A DNA stretch of 64,000 bases. Origin: Perkinsela sp. CCAP 1560/9 (Eukaryota; Protista; Euglenozoa: Kinetoplastea). A program made the position numbers and the translations under genes. Positions 32,139 to 44,300 of the stretch are shown here, one piece after another. Location of the stretch: positions 186,001 to 250,000 of the forward strand of contig CBFFSA010000001.1 of assembly GCA_965644495.1 (NCBI GenBank), in the 5' to 3' direction. Positions within the stretch are counted from its first letter, which is position 1. The number at the start of each line of letters is the position of its first letter. Below the pieces are notes generated by a model that saw only the letters and a program-made list of their open reading frames with translations, was not told where the DNA came from and searched no databases.

Positions 32139-33365
32139 ATGGTCAAAGAGACAAAATTCTATGAACTCCTCGGGGTTCCCCCCACCGCAGACGAGGACAC
32201 CCTGAAACGTGCCTACCGCAAGCTCGCGCTCAAGTACCACCCGGACAAAAACAAGGAGCCTGGGGCCCAGGAAAAGTTCAAAGAGATCTCCGTGGCCTAC
32301 GAAGTCCTCTCCGACCCGGAGAAACGAAAGCGGTACGACCAGTACGGGGAGAAAGGCATTGACAACGAGATGCAGGGCATGGACCCCTCCGATATCTTTT
32401 CCCACTTCTTCGGGGGTGGGCGACGTCCTCGTGGGGAGCCCAAGCCCAAGGATATTGTCCATGAGCTCCCGATCGCCCTCGAGGCCTTCTACACGGGAAA
32501 AGTCTCCAAACTGGCCATCACCCGGGACCGGTTTTGTGCCTCCTGTGGGGGTCGAGGCACCAACAAGGAAGGGGTCGAGGGCACGTGCCGCCCCTGTGGG
32601 GGTCGTGGGGTCCAGATGGTGACCCGACAGCTCGGACCGATGTTTATGCAGCAAATGCAGGTCCAGTGCAGCACTTGCAACGGGAGCGGGTTTGCGTGCC
32701 GCCCCGAGGACCGGTGCAAAGGGTGTGGGGGGAAACAGGTGGTGAAGGAGAAGAAGGTGTTTGAGGTGCACATTGATAAAGGGGCGAAGAGAGGCGACCA
32801 CGTCACGTTTACGGGGGAAGGAGACCAGATTGCCGGAGTACGGCTCGCGGGGGACATTATTATTGTGTTTGACCAAAAACCCCATGATCGATTTCAGCGA
32901 AAGGGCTCGCATCTACTGATGGATAAAACGATCTCATTGGTCCAGGCGCTTACGGGGTTCCAGCTGGTTGTGGAACACCTGGACGGGAGGAAACTATTGA
33001 TACAGCCCCCCGCAGGAGTGGTGCTGGACCCGGACCACTTATGGGCCGTCGACAGGGAGGGAATGCCCGTCCCAGGCACAGGTGGGATAGAGAAGGGACA
33101 GCTTGTGATACAGTTTAAAGTGCAGTACCCGAAATCCGTCACAGAAAAAGAAGCGACAGCCCTACGTTCTGTGTTTGGGTCTCCGAGCAAGCCGAAGCCC
33201 AACCCTGACTATGAGGAATGTTTCCTTGCCCCTACAATGGTAGACCTTAACAAGGGAGCCAAGGAAGGTTCACGGCGAGGCTCTGGTATGCCATTCTTTG
33301 CTACGGACGACGAAGACGACGATGACGGCCCTCGCGGACAGACAGCTACATGTGCCCAGCAATGA
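32139..33365 (+). CDS. DNAJA: Type I DnaJ/Hsp40 co-chaperone (Ydj1-like, CaaX)
   Basis: J domain with HPD, four CxxCxGxG-type motifs, C-terminal CAQQ. Confidence 0.97.
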   Translation: MVKETKFYELLGVPPTADEDTLKRAYRKLALKYHPDKNKEPGAQEKFKEISVAYEVLSDPEKRKRYDQYGEKGIDNEMQGMDPSDIFSHFFGGGRRPRGEPKPKDIVHELPIALEAFYTGKVSKLAITRDRFCASCGGRGTNKEGVEGTCRPCGGRGVQMVTRQLGPMFMQQMQVQCSTCNGSGFACRPEDRCKGCGGKQVVKEKKVFEVHIDKGAKRGDHVTFTGEGDQIAGVRLAGDIIIVFDQKPHDRFQRKGSHLLMDKTISLVQALTGFQLVVEHLDGRKLLIQPPAGVVLDPDHLWAVDREGMPVPGTGGIEKGQLVIQFKVQYPKSVTEKEATALRSVFGSPSKPKPNPDYEECFLAPTMVDLNKGAKEGSRRGSGMPFFATDDEDDDDGPRGQTATCAQQ

Positions 33366-33789
33366 TTTTTGCGCAAGAACGGATATGTTTTTAACATCAG
33401 GTCTTCCTGATTCTACCTTTACTTTTTGACTACGAACGTGATGCTCAGCATGATAATTTTTGCTTTTTTTATGGTCATCATTCTTCTGCACTTGCAAATA
33501 ACAGTTATTACAATGAGTAACAGCTTTACAAGTAGTCTATCTCTTTATTAATCGGTATTTTACAACTGGGAATTTAATTTGCGTCTTTCACTACATGGGC
33601 TTTGCTAATACGATCCAGTTCTATACTTCGCAGTTGACAGATACTTTTTTGATACGTAACCATGAAATGATGTCCCCGTATATGCGTATCTGTAGGCATC
33701 TATTTGTATACTACTGGACGTGAACCATAGCTTTACATTTTTACCATACTGTAGGTTACTACGTGCTATATTATTTTTCGGTACTACAA

Positions 33790-34767
33790 ATGGTTACTCT
33801 TCTAAGGCGCATGCATAGCTTTGGAAATCACGACCTGTTCTCGTTGTTTCGAAGAAGGCTTTCTACAGAATCAAAAAGCCTTATTCGAGAACTGCGCCAC
33901 CTAACAAGTGCTTCACTGAATGATGTCATGAAAAGCGTTCAGACTTGCGGAATCGATAAGGACGAATGCATTAATTGGTTGATCAAGAACGGAGGGACTT
34001 CTGTTCGATCGCGTAGAACCGATTGCAAGTCACGGCATGGATTATTACTTTGTGGATCTCTTCCCAAATATGGTTGGATGATGGAAATAAACTCTGAAAC
34101 TGACTTTGCCGCACGAAGTTCCCTTTTTCAATCTGCACTGCAGAACGTGACAGAGTATTTGTCATCGCACGAGTGGAAATTTGACCAACAAGATATTTCA
34201 CAAGAGGGTATAATCACTGATTTAAATACTTACCTTGCAAAGTATCATAAATTTCTTGGTCCCCATTTTGAACATCTAAGCACGCGCCTCAAGGAACGAG
34301 TCATCATGTCTCATTTTCAAATCCTTCACGAAGGATTACCCGTAATTTCTGTAACGGGGGGATACGCGCGTCTACCAGAAAATGTTGTCTTCAACAAGAA
34401 ATACTCCCATGTAGCTGAGGTAGGAAAGCACACGGCAGTAGGTTTTTATGTACACAGCTTGAATGGATTTCTTCCCTCAGGTATGGGACATATGGCTTCT
34501 GTTGTACTTTTGCGGGGAAATGACACAAATTGTGAAAAATTTAACGAAAGTGCACGTTATATTGCGCAACACCGTGTTGCGACGATCGGCATGTATGGAG
34601 CTGACATGAAAGATCCTGAAAGCAACAACGATCAGGCTGCCAATATCGCACTGTGCAATCAAAAGTATATGGGAGCCGACAATATGGTTCAAGATTGGCT
34701 TAATGACAGGCATCCAGCGGGTGTCACAATACATACAAGTGTGCTCCGTGCTTTGGCTAGTAAGTGA
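33790..34767 (+). CDS. TSFM: Mitochondrial elongation factor Ts
   Basis: Presequence, LIRELRHLTSASLND UBA-like N-domain, EINSETDFAARS. Confidence 0.85.
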   Translation: MVTLLRRMHSFGNHDLFSLFRRRLSTESKSLIRELRHLTSASLNDVMKSVQTCGIDKDECINWLIKNGGTSVRSRRTDCKSRHGLLLCGSLPKYGWMMEINSETDFAARSSLFQSALQNVTEYLSSHEWKFDQQDISQEGIITDLNTYLAKYHKFLGPHFEHLSTRLKERVIMSHFQILHEGLPVISVTGGYARLPENVVFNKKYSHVAEVGKHTAVGFYVHSLNGFLPSGMGHMASVVLLRGNDTNCEKFNESARYIAQHRVATIGMYGADMKDPESNNDQAANIALCNQKYMGADNMVQDWLNDRHPAGVTIHTSVLRALASK

Positions 34768-35699
34768 AAATTTTTGTCCACCATACATCTTGCGAACGTG
34801 TTTCATGCGGGTACTTGGTACATTACTTAGTATACAGGGGTATACTTAGGGTATTGTACCCTAAGGTATGTACTAAGGGTGTTAGGGATTTGCACCCTAA
34901 GTACCCTTAGGGTGTATACTTAGAGGGGTGACTCTGGGTGGGAGCGCCTGGAAGCGCCAAGGACCTTTGTCTTAATATTTTTTTTCTTTTTCTTAATCTC
35001 TTTTGCTTCAGTTAGAGGATGTGGTAATCATGTTGTTGGAAAAATTTAACCTACAAGACTTTATCATGGTTTCGAGTGCATAAAATATTTTAGAATGTAC
35101 CAGGGCGGTCATCCCCAGGTGTGGCGACCCCCCATTTTTTGATTTTTGTTTTCAATTTTGTACCAACGGAGCCGTTTTTTATCTTTTTTACACATGGCAG
35201 GCTAACTATGGAGTGTTCATTGTCACTGGTGAGCCTGCCCACACATCGCTCTTCTTTCTCAGAGGGTTGAAACTGGGTGGGAGCGCCTGGGAGCGTACCT
35301 TGTCCTTTGAGTTGAGAGTAGCCCGTACCCAGGAGGTCCACAAAAGTATGTTCGAACGTCCACCCACCAAGGGAAATACCCTTGGTACCGACCAAAGAGA
35401 ATACCCCACTTCATTAATTTTTACAATTATAATAAATATTTATATTTATATAAATTTGATTTTTTGTTATAATTTATATTTATAGAAATTAATGGAGGGG
35501 GGAATAACTCTATGATGAAAAATTCTTATCTGTCAATCCATTGATCAAATCTTATGATATCAACATTGCACGTCAAACTGATTTTGCTGCGTAAAGTTAC
35601 AACTAGTATTATTATAGCCAAGAAGTGAATAAAATCTTGTATATAAACTCTTGTGTAAAAACATTTGTTGCAATATCTCCTAATAAGGTTTTGATATCA

Positions 35700-36368
35700 A
35701 TGATTAACGCTGTTTCGTTATTCGGTGCGCTACGTGCATCGGACGTACAATCTTCAGGCAATGCCCGTGCAGCTAAAATAAGCTCCGTTTCCGTACCACA
35801 GGAATACGATTTGATAAGACTGATTCAAAATGTGCAGAACAGACATCCTAGCTGGGATACCAACACGCCTGCCGGTGCGTGGGCTGGAGTTGTATGTGAC
35901 GAAAGAAATCAAGCTACACATATTACTTGGTCGAATTACAAATTAAGTTCGTTAGTTTGGAAATATTTGCCTTCAAGTTTACTTACTCTTCACGTACTGA
36001 GTTCTGAGCTTTGTGGGGAACTTCCCTTTGTGTTGTTTCCTCCGAGTTTAGAGGTGATTAATCTGTATAACAATAAATTAACCGGTAATCTTGACCTGCT
36101 CCGGCTCCCGCCGTTACTGGAGAACTTGGATGTGGAAAAGAATATGTTTTTCGGGGTCGTCGATTTCTCATCACTTCCGTCAACTTTGGCTGACGTAAAG
36201 CTGTCTCGGAACAGTGAACTCAAAGGTGTGTTCGATGTGGCACTGCACAGTCCGAATTTGACCTATGACTTTCGGCAAACGAACATTACGGTCTCGAACG
36301 GATGTCTATTTCGAGAATGTTCCGACGACGACAATGATCCGGTTTTCGACTTTGCGGTTTTCGATTGA
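35700..36368 (+). CDS. Leucine-rich repeat protein (lineage-expanded family)
   Basis: W.G..C cap plus L.G..DL..LP..L..L.L..N repeats; paralogous to 53556 and 62872. Confidence 0.85.
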   Translation: MINAVSLFGALRASDVQSSGNARAAKISSVSVPQEYDLIRLIQNVQNRHPSWDTNTPAGAWAGVVCDERNQATHITWSNYKLSSLVWKYLPSSLLTLHVLSSELCGELPFVLFPPSLEVINLYNNKLTGNLDLLRLPPLLENLDVEKNMFFGVVDFSSLPSTLADVKLSRNSELKGVFDVALHSPNLTYDFRQTNITVSNGCLFRECSDDDNDPVFDFAVFD

Positions 36369-36654
36369 TATACTGAGTATTGCGGTACACTGAGTATTGC
36401 GGTCTATCAATGTATTGTATCACCATACAAGAGGTAACGCGCAGGTGATAGGGGCAATTTTAGAACTGGTGGCCTAGAAGGTGAGACAATCTGCGCCTGG
36501 AGATGTAAAGAAATTTGCTTTATTTGACTCTTTTACTTTATTCGCTCGTTTTTCTAATAGTTTTAGAAGTTCAAATAAGTTTTAGAAAAACTTATTCGCT
36601 TGTTTTCAAAAAGATATTTAAAGAAAATACAGTATTTTCAAAATACGAATTGTG

Positions 36655-37455
36655 GGTTAAACTGAACCAATATTCGCAATTTTGCAAATTTTCAAAAAAA
36701 AATCCTTTTTTTCTCGTATTTTAAACTTTTCTCAACTTGTACATGCTTACTTCTTACAAATGAACGCATGCACGGTATTGCTTCAAATTTACTAAAACTT
36801 GAAACAATGCATCACCCCCGTTACACTTTAAACTTCCGGTGCATACCTCTGCTTATGCTTGTATTCGGTACCCTTCTTTTCCAGCTTCCTACCTGTCCCG
36901 CTTCAGACGCTTTTTGGCCATAGAGTTAGCGCACTCCATAGTGCTCGTGTACACACCTTCAGTTGTAATCCACTATCTTTCGTGGCGAACACTTTCGCGT
37001 AGAGATAAATCGTGACGGGTGTCAGAATTTTTATGCGACTTCCTGAAGCAAGATTCTCGATGTTTGGAGAAGAGGATTCTGGAACGTTCTATTCGGAACA
37101 GAGTCCATATAGATAATTTGCGGTTCTTCTATTCTCTCGATGGTTCTTGTTACAAATCACTTTCTGCGCCACTGGAGAGTGCTTTCGCATCCATTTAAGA
37201 CATTGATTCTCACTCCTGGAGAACGTTTTTCTAATGATACTTCTTGAACGACACGAGAATCTTAACGCATCCAGTGCGCGTCATTAAAAGGTGAGAAGGT
37301 TGATAAAGAAGTATAAACGAATTCAAAAAACACACCGTTTATATAAAATTAATGTACAAAAACAAAATTCATCATAAAAAGGGGGCAGAAAAATGTTCAA
37401 GTAAACTTTTTTCTACCAGAAATGAGAAAAGTGCGAATATTGGTTCAGTTTCACC
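36655..37455 (-). mobile_element. Merlin (IS1016/IS1595-like) DNA transposon, internally deleted
   Basis: TIRs GGT(T/G)AAACTGAACCAATATTCGCA; perfect 8-bp TSD GAATTGTG; empty paralogous site at about 38075-38110. Minus-strand transposase remnants SENQCLKWMRKH...C and SVRHER*WITTEGVYTSTMECANSMAKKRLKR. Confidence 0.9.
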
Positions 37456-38219
37456 GAATTGTGTCTACACATCATTTTTGGTACGAGACATGAAACAATC
37501 TCGGATCCGAAGAACTCAGCACTCCCAAGAACTCCACTCGGATCCGAAGAACTCCCAAAATGTTTGCGAACCTCGTGCTCCAACCGACCCACCAAGTTCT
37601 CCCGATACAAATCGCTGCAAACGTGGCGGTGCTCCCATTCGCGAGGCTTAAGCAAATGTTCTTGTGGCAAATCATGGGCACTCGGATCGTAGCCTCCGGC
37701 GCCGCGGTACGCATTTCCAGTTTCATGGCTTCTGTAGTTTGAGTCGCGATTCGTTCGATGAAACTCTCTAGGGAGGTTAATCTTGCCTCACTCGTTCCAG
37801 GTGCTCTTCCATCTTTCGCATGACTCTATTGTTTTCCACGAGTTGCAGGGCGAAGGCGACAAGAGGGGCCTGACCGTCGGACATTCGATGTACGATTTTT
37901 GTTGTTAGTTTCCAGGAAACGTAATCTCTCAAATGTATACATATTTACAAAGAAAGCCCAAGAGAAATACCTGATTTTTATGCTATAAAAAATCTTCTGC
38001 TGAAAATTTCTTTTTTAAATAGAGCCTAGTTTTAGAAAAGCTTGTTCGTTTGTTTTCAAAAAAATGTTTGAAGAAAATACGAATTGTGTCTACACATCAT
38101 TTTTGGTACAATTGAGGTTTTACGAGCCATGAAACAATCTTTCATCGTCAAATCCCATCAAGGGATAAGATGGACATTCCGGAGAAATACCCTCTAGAAG
38201 CGGGTCCGTAACCGACCGC

Positions 38220-41200
38220 ATGGAAAATCGAAATCCGCAGCTCGCGTCCCACGATCACAATGAGCGCATAGAGAGTACCTCCACTTCCTCCTCCATCCTC
38301 TCCGCGCGAAGTTTTGACCCCACCCCAGGGGGTCCCCTCTCCGGGGAACCCTACGCCATCTCCCTCTCCAGCACCCTACGCGTCTCCTACGCCAAAACCG
38401 TCCAAAAGGAGCTACGCATCCTCTCCTTCACCACCACCGCGAACCAAGCCTGTGGTTTCTGTTCCAACCTGATCCACACCGCGCGGTACGGACTGAACCC
38501 ACTCCGTCTCGACTTCCTCCTGTGGAAGAACCTCTACGAGCAGTTCCACCGGCTCACCAACGTGTACTTTCTGTTCATTGCGGTGCTGCAGCTGATTCCG
38601 CATCTCAGCCCAACGGGGCGGTTCACGACGCTGGTCCCTCTAACCTGTGTGCTTGCGTTGACGCTGGCCAAGGACAGTTACGAGGACTGGCAACGGCGGG
38701 TACGGGACCGGGAGTTGAACCACCGCCCGGCCACGGTATTTCGCGACGCCCAGTGGCGCCATGTGCGGTGGCAGGATGTGCAGGTCGGGGATGTGGTCAA
38801 ATGCGTCCCGGGGAGGGCCTTCCCGGTGGATATGGTGGTGCTGTGGAGCAGTAACCCCCATGGGGTGTGTTACATGGAGACCGCGAGCCTGGATGGGGAG
38901 AGTTCGTTAAAGGTACGTAGCGCGCCATCGGGGGTTCGTGAGGTTTTTGATCCTCTAGGTGTTCATACGTTTCAAGGTACACTGGTGTGTGAGCCCCCGA
39001 ATGAGAGAATTTTTCATTTCGAGGGAACGCTTTTCCATAGCAGCGCGAACAGTGAGGTGCTGGAGACTCCTCTTGGGGATGAAAATTTTGTTCCCAGAGG
39101 AGCTGCCCTGCGAAATACGCGTGAAGCTTATGGGGTGGCTGTGTATACGGGTTCCGATACAAAGCTGATGCGCAATACCAAAAAGAAGAGGCATAAAGTA
39201 TCTACTTTGGAGAAAAAGGCCAATTACCAAGTTCGATTTATGCTCCTCCTGGTGTGCCTTCTGAGTGTTGTGTGTACTGTGTGCTCGTTTATTGCGGAAG
39301 CAAGCGGTACTACACCCTGGTACTTGGAAGAGGTAACAAATAGTAGCTTATTGGGGCACGCATTCGCGTCGTTCTTTAGTTTTATCATTCTTTTTAACAC
39401 TCTGATCCCAATTTCCCTTTACGTATCGTTGGAAGTGGTGAAGATTCTACAGGCCAAACGCATACAAAATGACCCCGAGCTTTATGACGCCGATCAAAAT
39501 ATACCCACCGTTGTGCAAACATGTTCGCTGAATGAAGAATTGGGCCAAGTATCGCAGATTTTCACCGACAAAACTGGCACTCTGACGCGAAATCGGATGG
39601 AGTTCATTAAATTCGCCTACCTGGCCAGCGTTGGTGGAGAAACGGAAGTTATTATCAGGCCTCTTCCTAAAGATGGGCAATCTTTGGTGTCCACGAAAGA
39701 TGGTCCTGCGGAATCTTGTTCTAACGTTGATCATCCGCAACTACCCACTCTGCAACCTGACTTGTGGGTGGGTTCCATAAGAAATTGTACTCCGTTTCTT
39801 ATCTGTGCGTCATTGTGCCACACAGTTCTCGCCGAAGTTGATCCTAAATCAGGAAGTTCTGTGTACAGTGCATCTTCACCTGATGAAGAATGTCTTGTTC
39901 ATGGTCTCACTGCATGTGGAATAAAGCTTCTGTGGAGAACAGAAAATAGAATGGTGATTTTTTCTGGCAAACAAGAACAACAGTGGGAAATACTTCACGT
40001 TTTAGAATTTACCTCGGAACGGAAACGTATGAGTATTATACTTCGAGGCAAGGACCAAAGGATCTTTCTTTTTTGTAAGGGGGCAGATGATGTGATATTG
40101 TCTAGAGTTACATCTCCGCCTTCGGTAATTGAAAAACTACAAAAAACAATTTGTCACTTTTCGGAAGAGGGATTGCGAACGCTGGTTTTCGCTTTTCGGG
40201 TACTAGACCATAAACAGTACCAAAATTGGAGTTTGCGCTACCATTCTGCTTGTGCGTCTCTGCAAAATCGGAAGAAAATGGTAGAAAAGCTAACCGATGA
40301 GATGGAATGTTCTATGTCTCTCCTAGGGGCTAGTGCACTAGAAGACGAATTACAACAATCTGTTCCTGAAACAATCCAACTCTTGAAACGAGCGGGAATC
40401 GAATTTTGGATGCTCACGGGAGATAAACGAGAGACCGCGGTGAGTATTGCGCACTCATGCGGCCTTCTCAATTCGAATATGCAGCTTCTTGAAATAAAGA
40501 GCGTGCGACCTCGATGTGTCATAGAAAGCACCATAAATTCACATATTGCGCATATTATGAAGGAAAATAATGCTTGTGGGTTATTGCTGGAAGGCTCTGC
40601 ATTGGAATGTCTTTTAAAAAAGGATATCAAATATCATTATCGAGCCTCCCTACTATACGAGTTATGCACTCTCTGCAGGTCAATTGTGTGCTATCGCATC
40701 TCACCGCTTCAAAAAGCACAAGTTGTGGATCTTGCTAAGTCCTACAGCAACAATATTACGTTATCCATAGGTGACGGAGGAAACGATGTCAGTATGATTC
40801 GAACGGCGCATGTGGGAGTGGGCATATGCGGTCATGAGGGACTACAAGCCGCTCGGTCAGCGGACTACAGTGTGGCCCAATTTCGATTTCTTTCAAGGCT
40901 ACTACTGGTTCACGGACATTGGAACTATCGCCGCATTAGCAAATTGGTGCTATACAGCTTCTATAAAAACATTGTGCTCCAATTTGCCCAATTTTTGTAT
41001 TGCTTCAGTAATGCTTTTACGGGTCAAAGTTTGTATGAGCCATGGGCTCTTGCACTTTACAACGTTGCGTTCGCTGCTTTTCCGATTATGGTTTTGGGTA
41101 TATTTGATGAGAACTGCACCGATCGTGTGCTTTTGCAAGAGGTGGAGAGGTACTACCCACGTGGACCTCAAAATAAATATTTCAACCCAAGGATATTTTG

Positions 41201-41759
41201 GTCATACACGCTAAATGGGATTTACCACTGCTTGTTTTTGCACTTTCTTGTTCATTACTCGGCGTTTGGCACTATTTCCGCCCCCGACGGAAGAATCCTA
41301 TCTTTACATGCGTGTGGTTTCATTGCGTACTCGTGTTCTGTTTTTCTTATTACTGCAAAAGTGGCGTTAGAGACACGAAATTTTGGGTTACCGAGCCTTT
41401 TTGCTGTTTTTGGCAGTCTTGCTGCATGGTATATTTTTTGGTTTCTCTACGGCAGCGCCTTGGGTGCATTTTCGAGCCCACGAGTTCAAGCGGTGGGTTT
41501 TGATGCTTACTACATTCCGCACAATACTCTCTCATTTCCCTTGCCTTGGCTACTTACTTTACTCATAGTCACGGTGGTGCCTATGCGAGACATTTTGTGG
41601 AAGTGTCGATCTCGTTCATTTGCTTCTACTGTCGGCCTAGGCATCGGGAAATTCTTCGAAAAAACTTGGACAATTTGTATTCGGACGCTGAAACGTACCT
41701 GTAAGCCCTTCTATTGGTCGACTAAAGAGCCTATATTTCGCCTAGACGTCAGGGGCTAA
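38220..41759 (+). CDS. P4-type ATPase (phospholipid flippase)
   Basis: LYEQFHRLTNVYFL, ETASLDGES, IPISLYVSLE, DKTGTLT, ASSPDE, LTGDK, GDGGNDVSMI, YSFYKN. Confidence 0.96.
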   Translation: MENRNPQLASHDHNERIESTSTSSSILSARSFDPTPGGPLSGEPYAISLSSTLRVSYAKTVQKELRILSFTTTANQACGFCSNLIHTARYGLNPLRLDFLLWKNLYEQFHRLTNVYFLFIAVLQLIPHLSPTGRFTTLVPLTCVLALTLAKDSYEDWQRRVRDRELNHRPATVFRDAQWRHVRWQDVQVGDVVKCVPGRAFPVDMVVLWSSNPHGVCYMETASLDGESSLKVRSAPSGVREVFDPLGVHTFQGTLVCEPPNERIFHFEGTLFHSSANSEVLETPLGDENFVPRGAALRNTREAYGVAVYTGSDTKLMRNTKKKRHKVSTLEKKANYQVRFMLLLVCLLSVVCTVCSFIAEASGTTPWYLEEVTNSSLLGHAFASFFSFIILFNTLIPISLYVSLEVVKILQAKRIQNDPELYDADQNIPTVVQTCSLNEELGQVSQIFTDKTGTLTRNRMEFIKFAYLASVGGETEVIIRPLPKDGQSLVSTKDGPAESCSNVDHPQLPTLQPDLWVGSIRNCTPFLICASLCHTVLAEVDPKSGSSVYSASSPDEECLVHGLTACGIKLLWRTENRMVIFSGKQEQQWEILHVLEFTSERKRMSIILRGKDQRIFLFCKGADDVILSRVTSPPSVIEKLQKTICHFSEEGLRTLVFAFRVLDHKQYQNWSLRYHSACASLQNRKKMVEKLTDEMECSMSLLGASALEDELQQSVPETIQLLKRAGIEFWMLTGDKRETAVSIAHSCGLLNSNMQLLEIKSVRPRCVIESTINSHIAHIMKENNACGLLLEGSALECLLKKDIKYHYRASLLYELCTLCRSIVCYRISPLQKAQVVDLAKSYSNNITLSIGDGGNDVSMIRTAHVGVGICGHEGLQAARSADYSVAQFRFLSRLLLVHGHWNYRRISKLVLYSFYKNIVLQFAQFLYCFSNAFTGQSLYEPWALALYNVAFAAFPIMVLGIFDENCTDRVLLQEVERYYPRGPQNKYFNPRIFWSYTLNGIYHCLFLHFLVHYSAFGTISAPDGRILSLHACGFIAYSCSVFLITAKVALETRNFGLPSLFAVFGSLAAWYIFWFLYGSALGAFSSPRVQAVGFDAYYIPHNTLSFPLPWLLTLLIVTVVPMRDILWKCRSRSFASTVGLGIGKFFEKTWTICIRTLKRTCKPFYWSTKEPIFRLDVRG

Positions 41760-41918
41760 TTATCATTTTCTCGTTTTAGTATTCGCTGTATTTCAATTAA
41801 TATTCAAATTCTTATCCCTTATTCTTGCTATCACTTTGACTTCATACATAGTAGCTCTCATTGTGTTAGCGTTTAATTTGTATTTTACGTGTAACTTACA
41901 ACACACAGGTAACTGTAC

Positions 41919-42761
41919 ATGTCAGAGAAATCCTACGAGTGCGACGCTTCTGTGACTTTTGGTATGCCCACGAAAGCGCTCTGTTCCGTGAACTACTCGC
42001 TTCGCGACACCAAGCTATATGTATCCCTCAGAGGCCCTAGTTATGATCGTGTACAAGCAAAACCAAACGAGGGTGTGTTCCAGGTACATATTACTCGGTC
42101 TAGCACCGCCTTAGCGGCCGGAGGGGGAGGAAGAATTACCACCAACATTCTACGACGACAACACAAAATGGAAGACTGCCTTTTATGCGAACGCATACAG
42201 GAAACGCTGGGGCGCATCTTGCACCACGTTGTGTACTCACGAATGGTGTTCTCCTTTGCCATTCATGTTCTTGACGATCAGGGTTGTCTCATGAGCGCAA
42301 TGCTGAATGGCTGTATGGCGTGTCTCCTGGAGGCAGGAATTGCGTGCACGACTACTTTAGTCTCTCACACGCTAATGGTCCAACGAAGTGGCTCGTTAAA
42401 CAAGTCGTCATGCAAGACCTCACGAGATGCAAATCGTACTCTTCGAAATGTGATTATCAATCCAACGAAATCGGAACTCGAAGTCCTGGCGTCTGGAAAT
42501 GAAGATATTTCAGGATTGAATGATTTGAATACGGTTTTACATTTTTTTATTGTAGCGCACACGCACGACGGTGCGCTTATTTATTCTGAGTGCCAGAGCG
42601 AAACTTCTAAAGTCGATGAAAAAGGCTTTGCAGAAGAATCTTCCTTGTTCAAGGACCTAGAAGATGAAATACGACCTAGGGTTCCCGAGTACTCGCGCTG
42701 GATCAGACATGAACTCTCGAAATATTACAGCAGTGGAATTTTGGGGCTTTCTGTTTCGTAA
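41919..42761 (+). CDS. Exosome RNase PH-like subunit (Rrp46/RRP41B-like)
   Basis: TKLYVSLRGP; IHVLDDQGCLMSAMLNGCMACLLEAGI. Confidence 0.75.
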   Translation: MSEKSYECDASVTFGMPTKALCSVNYSLRDTKLYVSLRGPSYDRVQAKPNEGVFQVHITRSSTALAAGGGGRITTNILRRQHKMEDCLLCERIQETLGRILHHVVYSRMVFSFAIHVLDDQGCLMSAMLNGCMACLLEAGIACTTTLVSHTLMVQRSGSLNKSSCKTSRDANRTLRNVIINPTKSELEVLASGNEDISGLNDLNTVLHFFIVAHTHDGALIYSECQSETSKVDEKGFAEESSLFKDLEDEIRPRVPEYSRWIRHELSKYYSSGILGLSVS

Positions 42762-44300
42762 AAAACAATATGTATTTCGAGTAGTATGATCTTATTCATA
42801 TAAAATTAATCTTTCGTTTCAGTCTTTGTACCCCATATAACACTTGCAATCGGGGTAAAAGGTTTCTGAATGTAAAAGAGTCCCTTTTGCGTGCAAATTT
42901 TTCATCATGAAACTTTATACAAAGCATGAAGATTCACAGAACATGAAGCCAGCGGTATCATCTGCAATTTTTTTACATGTTAAATCCTTTTTCGTTTAAT
43001 TTTTTTGTAATTAATTTCTTTAACTCTTTTAATTTAGCTAATGCATGTAATGCTTTGCATGCTGAATATGTTCACTTGAGGGGTTTTGAAGCCTCGCGAA
43101 ATTTCGCCCCACTTTCCTCACTCGGAATGTCGCACATGAGAATTCTTCTGTGAAAGACCTTGTGCACTCTGACGATTTTATCCAGAGGCTCTACTTCAGA
43201 AAAACCTTTACAAAAAGAGCGATCTGTTACCGTGCTGTCGCTGCCTGCACTGAATAATAATGTTGAAAATTCCCCATTTTATTGCCACTTAAATTGCTTC
43301 TGATCTACAGAAGTGTAGCTTGTAGCTGTTGCCTCGGCCGGAACCATCCCCCTTTGACATGTTTGCTCGATAATTTTGACTATTTATTGGTTTGGAAAAA
43401 TAGCGCTTAAACGGGGGGGACAGTATATTAATATTCATTGTTCGACAGTGTCGACTATATAGTGCTGACGTCCTTTTCCTCCTCGAATATCAATCAATGC
43501 GTCACAGGAATTCGCTTCAATATCTGTCTTCTTGAGATTCACTGCTCCTCTTCTCATTGATTTCTATAAATGCCATTCCCGAACTTTTCAGAAAAAAAAT
43601 ATAGATTTTCGAAAAATTATGTTTTTGAAGAAAAAAACAGGAAAAACTACGATAGAGGGGAGAACACGGCAGAAAGATCTGACCCTCACCCCCGACAAGG
43701 ACCTTGGATCTCACGTTCTGCGATAGCTTATCGCAGAAAATTAGCGTTTTTCCACCAGGGAGGATCACTAATCAGGACTTTTTGCCTAGCCATTCCCAGT
43801 AATTTCTATAAATAAATATAAATTTTCTTTTTTGTTATAAGCTATATTTATAGAAATTAATGAGAGGAGTAGTAGTTCGCTGTGATGCTGAAGTCCGAAA
43901 TACGCAACGGCGAAGCCTTGACCATACGTGAGTTCGCCTTGGTCTTTACAGTAATTTAGTCATAGACCGCATTTTCGTGAGTGTGATCGAGCCTCGAGGT
44001 TTGGGCTGGAGACAGATATTTAGGACGCCTTTGAATCGTCTGCGGAAGCGCAAGGTCTGCGACCAAATTGATCTTCCCATTGCCGCCAAACTACAGCGGC
44101 ATGGTAGGATTCCAAGTAGATCCTCGATAGAAGCGTGACAAGCTGAGATACAGCGCTAAGAGCGGCGTTGAGAAGGCATGCTATTGTAAACGAAATTTAT
44201 AGAATATTCCTATTGATGGAAACAACATGTTTTACACCCTTTCGTCTAGTGTTACAACTACGACCCGTGTGGGTCAAGAGAGTCCCGAGACTTCTGAATG

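Noticed and set aside
32133-32912. Long antisense ORFs over DnaJ, RING, dehydrogenase, CRE and HERO genes
   Set aside because: Shadow ORFs caused by high GC content and codon bias on the true coding strand.
34840-34925. Telomeric repeat (TTAGGG/CCCTAA)
   Set aside because: Single hexamers in alternating orientation within a palindromic MITE-like patch, not a tandem array.
43540-43865. AT-rich block as the 3' end of the HERO-like element
   Set aside because: It matches dispersed repeats at about 35405-35495 and, inverted, about 59230-59275, so it is a separate repeat family.
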